NCBI GenBank assembly: GCA_963797095.1
Contig: CAWCNY010000003.1
Location: 320,001 to 384,000, forward strand
DNA length: 64,000 nt
Direction: 5' to 3'
DNA from: an uncultured Chloroflexia bacterium
GTDB lineage: Bacteria > Chloroflexota > Chloroflexia > QHBQ01 > JADMIH01
Shown here: one piece after another, positions 30,047 through 38,666 of the stretch
Layout of the letters: each line of letters opens with the position of its first letter
Numbering within the stretch: position 1 is the first letter of the stretch
Notes under the pieces: generated by a model
Seen by the model: only the letters and a program-made list of their open reading frames with translations
Told to the model about the DNA's origin: nothing
The model's database searches: none
Program-made: the position numbers and the translations under genes

Positions 30047-30988
30047 ATGCCCCTACTCCACCTCGACACCGATCTCGGCGGCGACATCGACGACCTCTGC
30101 GCCCTCGCCCTCCTCCTCAACTGGCCCGGCGTCCAACTCACCGCCATCACCACCGTAGGCGACCACCACGGCAAGCGTGCAGGCTACGTCCGCTACGCCC
30201 TATCCCTCGCCTCCCAACCCCACATCCCCGTAGCCGCCGGGGCCGATGTCTCCCAGGGCTACTACCGCTACCCACTCACCCTCCCGTCCGAACACCGCTA
30301 CTGGCCCCAGCCCATCGCCCCCTCCCCCAACCCACCCCAACAAGCCCTCGATCTCCTCAAATCCAGCATCGACCAGGGAGCCACCATAGTAGCCATCGGC
30401 CCCTACACCAACCTCTACCTCCTCGACCTCCAACACCCCGGCATCCTCGCCCGCGCCAACCTCTACCTCATGGGCGGCTATATCTACCCACCCCGCCCCG
30501 GCTACCCCCAGTGGGATAACACCACCGACTTCAACATCCAGGCCGATGTCAAATCCGCTCTCCACGTCCTCCAAAACTCCCACCCCACCCTCGTCCCCCT
30601 CTCCATAACAGCCGAAACCTACCTGCGGCGGGCCCACCTCCCCGCCCTCCAATCCGCATCCCCCCTCGCCCGCCTCATCGCCTACCAGGCCGAAGCCTTC
30701 GCCCAGGATGAACAGACCGAATCCACCTACGGCCAAACCTGCCCCGCCCTTCCCTCCGACATCATCAACTTCCAGCACGACCCCCTGGCCTGCGCCATAG
30801 CCCTCGGCTGGAAACAAGGCGTCCACACAGAGCAAATACCCCTCTCTCTAGAAATTAACGATACGTGGCTAAGCCAGCGCCCCCACCCCAAAGGCAAACC
30901 CCTCAAAGTTGTAACCAAAGCAGACGGCGACCGCTTCAGCCAATTCTGGCTAAACCAACTAACCAATCCCCAACCCACCAACCCCTAA
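30047..30988 (+). CDS. Nucleoside hydrolase family protein
   Basis: LDTDLGGDIDD, AIGPYTN, LMGG, DFNIQAD, HDPLA. Confidence 0.88.
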   Translation: MPLLHLDTDLGGDIDDLCALALLLNWPGVQLTAITTVGDHHGKRAGYVRYALSLASQPHIPVAAGADVSQGYYRYPLTLPSEHRYWPQPIAPSPNPPQQALDLLKSSIDQGATIVAIGPYTNLYLLDLQHPGILARANLYLMGGYIYPPRPGYPQWDNTTDFNIQADVKSALHVLQNSHPTLVPLSITAETYLRRAHLPALQSASPLARLIAYQAEAFAQDEQTESTYGQTCPALPSDIINFQHDPLACAIALGWKQGVHTEQIPLSLEINDTWLSQRPHPKGKPLKVVTKADGDRFSQFWLNQLTNPQPTNP

Positions 30989-31075
30989 CACCCCCACCTC
31001 CCGTCCACACTCATAACTTCAATCCTCGAACCTCGAACTCCGCACTCCGCACTAAAAAACCATACCAATGGCTAC

Positions 31076-31104
31076 TTGTAATCGCAGAACAAGTGTGCTA
31101 AGAT
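31076..31104 (+). promoter_or_regulatory. Sigma70-type promoter
   Basis: TTGTAA-N17-TAAGAT with TG extended -10. Confidence 0.5.
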
Positions 31105-31644
31105 CGTACACAGAAGTACTTTCCCCCTCCCTACCGCGCAGCAAGGAGGACATAGAGACAAGACTGGTGTCCCTGTGTTTCTTTGCGTTTAGCCTTTAGC
31201 ACCTTACCAAAGGAACAAAACAAAAGGAGAGAGCAACCAAAGTCGCGGCTGCACTAAACCACCATCTCAAAAAGCGCTCCGGTCTCCCACCACCGGACCC
31301 TAAGGGGACCAACACGGAGCAGTAATCCAGTGTGCATTCGTGTCACACCCTCTCAAGGCAAGAGGAACACTGCATCACGAGTACCAGTCGCAGTACGCAG
31401 TACGCAGTACGCAGTACGAATCCTCCCTCGCATCTTCGTCTACAAGAAAACCCAACATACACATTGCTATTCTCCGCCCATTCTGGTACAATTACAAAGG
31501 TTCATATTTGGCAAGGCATATTTCAAGTAAGGTATTCCCGCACTTCCCCTCCCCGGTTAAGCGCGAAAACCCACTGAACAGTCCACTAGCCAGACTGCAC
31601 CAGACGATTTTAGGTTTTCAAACATAACTGGAGAAACAACACCA

Positions 31645-32004
31645 ATGGCAGATAAAACACTCACGTGCCGCGATTGCGGTAACTCATTCACCTTCACCGA
31701 AGGCGAACAGGACTTCTACGCTCAGAAAGGCTACACCGAGCCTGGCCGTTGCCCCGATTGCCGCGCAGCCAAGAAAGCCAACCGCGACAGCGGCGGCTAT
31801 GGCAGCAGCAGCTACAGCGGTAGCTACAGCAACTACGGTGGCGGTGGCGGCGGCTACAGCCGCGAACGCACCATGACCCAGGTCGTCTGCGCCAACTGCG
31901 GCAAAGACACCGAAGTCCCCTTCGTCCCACGCGGCGACAAGCCCGTCTACTGCTCCGACTGCTACAACACAGTCGGTGGCGGCGGCAGCCGAAACCGCTA
32001 CTAA
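31645..32004 (+). CDS. Double zinc-ribbon protein (zf-trcl + CxxC-x17-CxxC)
   Basis: DKTLTCRDCG...FTEGEQDFY...RCPDCR; Gly/Ser/Tyr linker; CANCGKDTEVPFVPRGDKPVYCSDC; upstream TTGCTA-N17-TACAAT. Confidence 0.92.
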   Translation: MADKTLTCRDCGNSFTFTEGEQDFYAQKGYTEPGRCPDCRAAKKANRDSGGYGSSSYSGSYSNYGGGGGGYSRERTMTQVVCANCGKDTEVPFVPRGDKPVYCSDCYNTVGGGGSRNRY

Positions 32005-32348
32005 GCCGCGCATCACGCGCTGGGGAGAGCGTTCCTAACATATTCATCACGTCATAATGATGAACAAGCATAAGGGGTCGAGAGCACAACTCTCGACCCC
32101 TCTTTCCATCCAGATCGTGCGCGCAACTGCGAAGATATATGCCCTGCTAGGAGCGGACCCCCACCAGGCAACCACTGAATACCACCAACCAATAAGACCA
32201 GAGCGCATAATCCCACAAGGACCACGCACCCCATTCACCATTCCCATCCACTAGAACCCAAAACCCAAAACCCCCAAAAACCTTCGTGCCCTTCGCCAAC
32301 TCTTCGCATCTTCGTGTACAGGAAAACCCCAGTAAGCAATACGCAATA

Positions 32349-33626
32349 CTACTCAGCATGCGTATCCAACCTCCCCAACTTCCGCAGTTCCGGCGCAAGC
32401 CAGGCCACCAGCCCCACCACCACCACCGTCCCCAACCCACCGGCCACCACCGCCCCCACGGTGCCGATTAACGCCGCCAGCACCCCCGACTCGAACGCCC
32501 CCAGTTCGTTCGAGATCCCCACAAACACCGAATGCACCGAGTTTACCCGACCCCGCAACACGTCCGGCGTGCGCGTCAGCAGCAATGTCCCCCTGATCAC
32601 CACGCTCACATTATCCAGCCCCCCGAGGAGAGCCAGCAGCGCCAGCGACAGCACAAAATCACGCGACACCCCAAACGCCACAGTCGCAAACCCGAACCCC
32701 GTCACCACCAACAGCAGCGTGCGCCCGGCATACTTGAACGGTGGCCTCAGCGCAATAAACGGCACCGCCAGCACCGCCCCCACCGCCGGGGCTGCCCTAA
32801 GCCACCCCAGCCCTTCGGCCCCCACGTGCAGAATATCCAGCGCAAACACAGGCAGCAGAGCAGTCGCCCCTCCCAGCAGCACCCCGAACATATCCAGCGT
32901 GATCGAAGCCAGGATCACGGGCGTCCGCCGGATAAACTTCGCCCCCGCCAGCATCGATTGCAGATTGATCCGCTCCGTACTGCGCTCCACCGCGCGCGGG
33001 TGCATCAAACTCGCCAGCACCGCCACCACCAGCAACAGCCCCCCGGCGCACGCATACACCCAGGTCGCCCCGCCCCACACCGCGATCAAAACCCCCCCAA
33101 GCGCGGGCCCCAGAATAGCCGACGACTGCCACGCCCCACTCGACCACGTAGCAGCGTTGCCGTACAAGGCGGGAGGTACCACCTGCGCGCCCAACGCACT
33201 GAAAGCCGGGCTTTGGAACGACCTCGCCACCCCGATCCCGAACAACAGCCCATACACCACCGGCAGCGGCCCCTGGATCATCGAAATCCCAAACAGCCCC
33301 AGCACGCAAGCCGCGATCCCGCTCAAGGCCATCACCACGATCCACTTGCGTTCCCGGCGGTCGGCCACCTGCCCCGCAGGCAGCGCCAGCAGCAGCACCG
33401 GCACTATCTCCACCAGCCCGATCAACCCCAGCGACAGCGGGTCACCTGTGCGCAGGTACAACTCCCACCCTACCGCCACCCCCACCATCTGCTCGGCCAC
33501 CACCGCCAGGAAACTACCCAGCACCAGCAGCCGAAAATCACGAAAGCGCAGCGCCCCAAACGGGTCATGGCGCTGCGCTTCCAATCCCGGCAATCCGGGA
33601 ATCTCAGGCGTTTCTACAAGGCTCAC
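32349..33626 (-). CDS. MFS transporter (DHA3/EntS-like)
   Basis: About 12 TM segments; AGQVADRRERK; TPDVLRGRV. Confidence 0.9.
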   Translation of the reverse strand: MSLVETPEIPGLPGLEAQRHDPFGALRFRDFRLLVLGSFLAVVAEQMVGVAVGWELYLRTGDPLSLGLIGLVEIVPVLLLALPAGQVADRRERKWIVVMALSGIAACVLGLFGISMIQGPLPVVYGLLFGIGVARSFQSPAFSALGAQVVPPALYGNAATWSSGAWQSSAILGPALGGVLIAVWGGATWVYACAGGLLLVVAVLASLMHPRAVERSTERINLQSMLAGAKFIRRTPVILASITLDMFGVLLGGATALLPVFALDILHVGAEGLGWLRAAPAVGAVLAVPFIALRPPFKYAGRTLLLVVTGFGFATVAFGVSRDFVLSLALLALLGGLDNVSVVIRGTLLLTRTPDVLRGRVNSVHSVFVGISNELGAFESGVLAALIGTVGAVVAGGLGTVVVVGLVAWLAPELRKLGRLDTHAE

Positions 33627-33652
33627 AATCTCTAATTATACAACCTTGCGAT

Positions 33653-35386
33653 CTACCCCACCAGCACGCTCTTGGTATGCCACCCCGTAGCACCGTCCGG
33701 GTACGTGTCCTGCGAATTCGAAGTCTGCACCTGCCCTGTGCCGTCGGTCGCCCTCACAACCAGCTTGTGCTCACCCGAAGTGGCAATCCACGGATACGTC
33801 CACTGTGTCCAGGCGTCCTTCCCAAGCGACGCTCTCAGGTTCGCATCCCCCCAGGTCTGCCCGCCGTCCGTGCTAACCTCCACGCGCTGTATCCCGCGAC
33901 TCCCCGCGAAGGCCACCCCACCTATATACACGGGTCCCGACGGCAGCCTGATATCCGGGTAGTCGATCCTCGACATCGTCTGGTACTCCGCCGTATCGCT
34001 CCATCCCTGCAACTCCCAGTAGCCCCTGAAGTCGCTGCTCGTAAGCTCAACCTCCGTAATCCACTTCACGTTCTTCATCCCGTAGATGTTCGGCACCAGC
34101 AGCCGCGTCGGGTATCCGTGCTTCGTCACCAGCGCCGCCCCGTTCATCTCATAGGCCAGCATACACCCGTTGTTCAGCGCCACCTCCAGCGGAATGCTAT
34201 CCGTATACCCATCCGCCGCAGTCATAACCACTTCCGTGGCGTTCGCCTTGGGTCCCGCCTTCTTCAGCATCTCCGCGAAGTCTACGCCCTTCCACTTCCC
34301 GTTGCTTATCAAACTCCCACCAACCGAGTTGCTGATGCATGCAAGCGTCTCCGTCCTCTCCTGCGAAGGCAGCGCCATCACGTCTTCCAGCGTAACTGTG
34401 TACGGATTGTCCACCAAACCCTTGAACGTCAGCGACCACGACCCACCATCCACCGTCGGGTCGATGATGTTCTTCGTAGTGATGTAGAAGTTCTCCACAG
34501 GCGTCACTTCAGGCACAAGCCGCGCCTTCACATCCGCGAAGCTATTTGACGGTGCTGGCGTGGCCTGCCCCCCGGCCACACTCGTTCCCTCAGGCATGGG
34601 CGTGGGTGTCCCTGTACTACCCGACACATCCACTTCCTCTACCGCCGCCACGGGAGGGGCCTGCAAAGCCTGCCGTATGATCACCCACAGCGCGCCACCG
34701 CCCAAAACAGCGACTGCTCCACCGCCCAGCACCTTCATGAAGTCGCGCCTCCCAGGCTCTGCAGGTCCATCCGCGGGCACCATCGCCATCTCGCCCTCAG
34801 CCCTTGCGGGCACGATACTCTTCCACGGCAGAAGCCCCACCAGCGTCAACCCGAACGCCAGGCTCAAGATGAACATATCCAGGAACACCGGCACCCCAAA
34901 CGGAGCCAGGTTCGAACCGTAAATCGCCTGCGCTATATCGGGAGGAGCTGTCACCATCTCCACCCGGGACCCGAAGAACCCTTGATCCACCAGCGGCAAG
35001 AACACAATGTTCAAGAACAACCCAAGCAATAGCCCGTACAGCACTCCCTGCACCCACTTCGGCTGATTCTCGAACGCCCGGAACGGCCAGAACCGCGCGA
35101 ACAGCCATCCCAATAGCCCGCCTAACAGCAGCGTGCCCTCCACAATCGACACCAGCAACAGTGCCTTCCCCCCGACCCCCACCGCGTTGATGATCTGCAA
35201 CTCCAACTGCCCGCCGGCCAGAGTGACCAGGCTGTTCTCCATCAACTCCGGGATCGAGATGGTGTTGGTTGTAAGCCGCAATACAGCCATCACCACCATC
35301 ATGGCGAGCGCCGCCCCAACGCCTGCCCCAAAACCCCCCTGGAGTCTCGTCGGTGTCATACTCCTCTTCTCAGTCATGTCGTCCAT
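33653..35386 (-). CDS. Membrane-bound sulfite-oxidase-like molybdopterin oxidoreductase
   Basis: N-terminal TM helices, internal GRRDFMK, TLACISN, HGYPTRLLVPNIYGMKNVKW, VEVSTDGG. Confidence 0.9.
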   Translation of the reverse strand: MDDMTEKRSMTPTRLQGGFGAGVGAALAMMVVMAVLRLTTNTISIPELMENSLVTLAGGQLELQIINAVGVGGKALLLVSIVEGTLLLGGLLGWLFARFWPFRAFENQPKWVQGVLYGLLLGLFLNIVFLPLVDQGFFGSRVEMVTAPPDIAQAIYGSNLAPFGVPVFLDMFILSLAFGLTLVGLLPWKSIVPARAEGEMAMVPADGPAEPGRRDFMKVLGGGAVAVLGGGALWVIIRQALQAPPVAAVEEVDVSGSTGTPTPMPEGTSVAGGQATPAPSNSFADVKARLVPEVTPVENFYITTKNIIDPTVDGGSWSLTFKGLVDNPYTVTLEDVMALPSQERTETLACISNSVGGSLISNGKWKGVDFAEMLKKAGPKANATEVVMTAADGYTDSIPLEVALNNGCMLAYEMNGAALVTKHGYPTRLLVPNIYGMKNVKWITEVELTSSDFRGYWELQGWSDTAEYQTMSRIDYPDIRLPSGPVYIGGVAFAGSRGIQRVEVSTDGGQTWGDANLRASLGKDAWTQWTYPWIATSGEHKLVVRATDGTGQVQTSNSQDTYPDGATGWHTKSVLVG

Positions 35387-35663
35387 AATACCCCCCGCTT
35401 CAATGCGAATTACTCAATATGGAAATGCCCATTACTATTACCCACCCATTCTATCGCACACAGGTTACACACTCTCTTACAGTTATTACACAGCTATTAA
35501 CAATACGCTCTATTACCCGCTTTCGATCTATTACCGACAGTGTAGATCACCTTACCGGCCTTGTCCATTCTGCTATAATTAACGCTTGTGGAAACGCCCA
35601 TCGGACCTCAAGAATGGGTCGCCGGTAGTCGAAACAAGAAACTCGTTACTAAGGAAGACAGCG

Positions 35664-36647
35664 TTGTCTGACACACCCAACGTGCAAGCACGCAACTACA
35701 TAGAGACCCTGGTAGTTGCCCTGGGCGGGAATGCCATCCAGCAATCGGGCGACAAAGGCACCGCCGCCGAACAACTCGCCAACATAGTCAGCGCCATGAC
35801 CTCCGTAGCCGAGCTTGCCGACCGTGGCTATCGCGTCGTACTGACCCACGGCAACGGCCCTCAAGTCGGCACAATCCTCCTCCAGCAAGCCGCAGCCGAG
35901 GCTACGGAGGGCATCCCTTCCATGCCAATGGATGTTGCCGGGGCCATGACCCAGGGTGGGATCGGCTATATGATGCAACAATGCTTACAAAACGAGTTGC
36001 GTAAGCGTGGAAGGCCCTGGCCCGTCGCCACCGTTGTTACCCAGGTGGTCGTTGACAAAGACGACCCCGCCTTCGCCAACCCCACCAAGCCAATCGGCCC
36101 CTTCTACACCGCCGACAAAGCAGACGACCTGCGCGCAGAGGGCTACACAGTTGTTGAAGATAGCGGCAGAGGTTATCGCCGCGTGGTCCCCTCGCCCCAA
36201 CCCGCCGCACTCGCCGAAATCTACGCCATCCGCACCCTCGTCAATGCTGGTGCTCTGGTGATCTGCTCAGGTGGGGGCGGCATCCCCGTGGTTCGCGACG
36301 CGGATGGCCTGCTTCACGGCGTCGAAGCCGTCATAGACAAAGACCTCGGAGCGTCCCTCCTAGCCCAGCGTCTCGACGCCGACCGCCTGCTCATCCTCAC
36401 CAACGTCGAAAGGGTAGCGATCAACTTCCGCAAACCTGACCAACGCGACCTCGACACCGTCACAATCAAACAAATGAAGCAGTATATAGCCGAAGGCCAC
36501 TTCGCCGCTGGCAGCATGGGCCCCAAAGTACAAGCCGCCCTCGCCTTCGTAGAGTCGGGCGGCCAGGAAGCCATAATCACCCACCTGCACAGCGCTCTAC
36601 CCGCCCTGGAAGGCAAAACAGGCACGCACGTGGTACGCGATGCGTGA
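35664..36647 (+). CDS. arcC: Carbamate kinase
   Basis: VALGGNA, THGNGPQVG, NPTKPIG, EAVIDKD, GSMGPKV; start uncertain. Confidence 0.95.
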   Translation: MSDTPNVQARNYIETLVVALGGNAIQQSGDKGTAAEQLANIVSAMTSVAELADRGYRVVLTHGNGPQVGTILLQQAAAEATEGIPSMPMDVAGAMTQGGIGYMMQQCLQNELRKRGRPWPVATVVTQVVVDKDDPAFANPTKPIGPFYTADKADDLRAEGYTVVEDSGRGYRRVVPSPQPAALAEIYAIRTLVNAGALVICSGGGGIPVVRDADGLLHGVEAVIDKDLGASLLAQRLDADRLLILTNVERVAINFRKPDQRDLDTVTIKQMKQYIAEGHFAAGSMGPKVQAALAFVESGGQEAIITHLHSALPALEGKTGTHVVRDA

Positions 36648-36661
36648 TCTGGCGCGTACTT

Positions 36662-36719
36662 CGTACTGCTTATCTTATACTCGCTACTCGTCACTCGTCA
36701 CTCGTCACTCGTCACTCGC
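36662..36719. repeat. Heptamer array (CTCGTCA)n
   Basis: Read directly between arcC and argF. Confidence 0.8.
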
Positions 36720-36756
36720 AATAATCCTCTTTCGCCCATCAAGAAAGGAGCACACC

Positions 36757-37686
36757 TTGGCAGTAAGCATGAAAGGCCGCAGTTTCATCTCGGTAGCCGA
36801 TTTCACATCAGAGGAGATCTGGAACGTCTGGCAGTTAGCTGCCCAATTGAAAATGAAGCAGAAGATCGGCGAGCCACACCGCATCCTTGAAGGCAAGCAG
36901 CTTGCCATGATCTTCCAGAAGCCGTCCCTGCGCACCCAGGTCAGCTTCGAAACCGGCATGTCTCAGCTTGGAGGCCATGCTATCTTCCTCGGCCCCGATC
37001 ACATCCAGCTTGGCAAACGCGAGAGCGTGCCCGACGTAGCCCGTGTTCTCGGCAGGATGGTAGATGGCATAATGGCCCGCGTCTTCGCCCACAAAGACGT
37101 CGAAGAGCTTGCCGAGTACGCAGGCGTGCCCGTGATCAACGGCCTCTCAGATAGCGAGCACCCTTGCCAGGTCCTGGCCGATCTCTTCACCATCTGGGAG
37201 AAGAAGGGTCGCGTCGAAGGGGTCAATCTCACCTACATTGGCGACGGCAACAACGTAGCCGCCTCCCTCCTTCTCGCGGCGGCGCGTGTCGGCATGAACT
37301 GCACTCTCATATGTCCAGGCGGCTATAAGGTCCCATCTCACTATATACAGGTTGCCCGCGCGGACGCCGTCCACACCGGCTCACAACTGCGCTTCACCGA
37401 AGATCCAATGGATGTCGCAGGCAGCGACGTAATCTACACAGACGTGTGGGCCAGCATGGGACAGGAAGCCGAGGCCAAAGAGCGCGCCCACGTTTTCAAG
37501 CCCTACCAGGTAAACAAAGCCCTGATCGTGCAGGCCGGAGGCCTCCCGTTAGTGATGCACTGCCTGCCCGCCCATCGCGGTCACGAGATCACTGATGAAG
37601 TGATGGACAGTGCCCACTCCGTAGTGTTCGAGGAAGCCGAAAATCGCCTACATGTTCAGAAGGCAGTGATGGCCCTCCTCATTTAA
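36757..37686 (+). CDS. argF: Ornithine carbamoyltransferase
   Basis: FQKPSLRT, HPCQ, DVWASMG, HCLP, EAENR; RBS GAAAGGAG before TTG. Confidence 0.95.
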   Translation: MAVSMKGRSFISVADFTSEEIWNVWQLAAQLKMKQKIGEPHRILEGKQLAMIFQKPSLRTQVSFETGMSQLGGHAIFLGPDHIQLGKRESVPDVARVLGRMVDGIMARVFAHKDVEELAEYAGVPVINGLSDSEHPCQVLADLFTIWEKKGRVEGVNLTYIGDGNNVAASLLLAAARVGMNCTLICPGGYKVPSHYIQVARADAVHTGSQLRFTEDPMDVAGSDVIYTDVWASMGQEAEAKERAHVFKPYQVNKALIVQAGGLPLVMHCLPAHRGHEITDEVMDSAHSVVFEEAENRLHVQKAVMALLI

Positions 37687-37734
37687 TGGCCCTCAAGTAA
37701 TGGGCTTCAAGCCCGCTCCGCACAACCTTCTTAC

Positions 37735-38043
37735 AGAAAACCTTGAAAGCCATGCCCATTTATGGGCTGTGGTTCGGCTGATAAAAGGTTGCTCATAGTC
37801 TCTCCTTTGTCGTATAATTGAAGTAACGTGGAAGCTAACCAATGCTACACGCCACTATTGCCTTCGGGTAGTAGTCCGCACTTTGATAATGCAAGATGTT
37901 AGCGGGTTGTTGCACGAAACCCTTGTGCAGCGTAAAAGCATCTTAGGTGTCTCCTATAGTGCAACCTTAATGGCATATGGATGAGTATGCATCGGTGCAA
38001 AACCGTAGAAGCTGCTGGCGTTTACGCCATGCGGAGTCATCAC
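37735..38043 (+). mobile_element. Copy 2, complete 309-bp non-autonomous IS200/IS605-type element; putative omega-RNA locus
   Basis: TTAC|AGAAAACCTTG-AAAG-hairpin (left end) ... GAAG-hairpin-TCAC (right end); no transposase or nuclease ORF. Confidence 0.88.
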
Positions 38044-38594
38044 AAATCGACAGCAACCGTGCGTGTAGCGGTCCCGCGCCTGACCTCCAGGTTCGTACGG
38101 CCCGCGCTCAACCTGCCAAGCGTAGCGCTCAGGTCGTCCGCTGAACGCACAGGCGTGCCCCCCACCTGCACGATAATGTCACCGGCCCGTATCCCAGCTG
38201 CATCCGCAGGCGACCCCGGCCTCACCGCGCCGACATAAGCGCCCGGCACCGGGTCGCCGCCAGGTAACGCATACTTACTTGCATCCGCCACCTTCGCGCC
38301 TAGCAGCTTGCGCCCTCCTGGGCTACCTTCCGCCGCTTGCCCACCGTTCGCAGCCATCGAATTGATAATCCTCTCCAACCTGCGCTGGTCAAACCCGACC
38401 ACCACCTCACCCCCGATTACCGTCACAGGCACACCCTGCTGTCCTGACTTTCTGATCATCTCGATCGCGGCGGCCCTGTCCTGGTCCACGTACTTCTCTG
38501 TGTACGGCACCCCTCGCTGTGAAAGATACTCCTTCACACGATAGCACCACGGTCAGGTATGTGTTGAATACACCACTGCTTGCGTGTCGTCCAT
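38040..38594 (-). CDS. Selenocysteine-containing glutaredoxin (UPWC) fused to a PDZ domain
   Basis: RBS AAAGGAG, ATG at 38594, MDDTQAVVYSTHT-TGA-PWCYRVKEYL...GQQGVPV; SECIS-like hairpin; PDZ GAYVGAVRPGSPADAAGIRAGDII. Confidence 0.88.
38514..38541 (-). promoter_or_regulatory. Putative bacterial SECIS element
   Basis: UCG-UGUGAAGG-AGUAU-CUUUCACA-G-CGA starting 12 nt 3' of the UGA. Confidence 0.7.
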
Positions 38595-38666
38595 CGCTCA
38601 GTCTCCTTTACTTTGCCTCCCCTTCTGTCCCCGCAGATAACCGCACATTACCCATATTATGATAAC

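Noticed and set aside
31258-31272. ACCATCTCAAA shared with the copy-1 flank as a guide target
   Set aside because: Only 11 bp, outside the seed region and not preceded by TTAC
37735-38043. Element read on the minus strand as an IscB/HEARO omega-RNA leading into AAAGGAG-ATG (MSNLLS...)
   Set aside because: Wobble pairs, the UUCG loop and the pseudoknot favour the + strand; the ORF stops after 21 codons and is more likely a remnant of a divergent tnpA start. Not fully excluded
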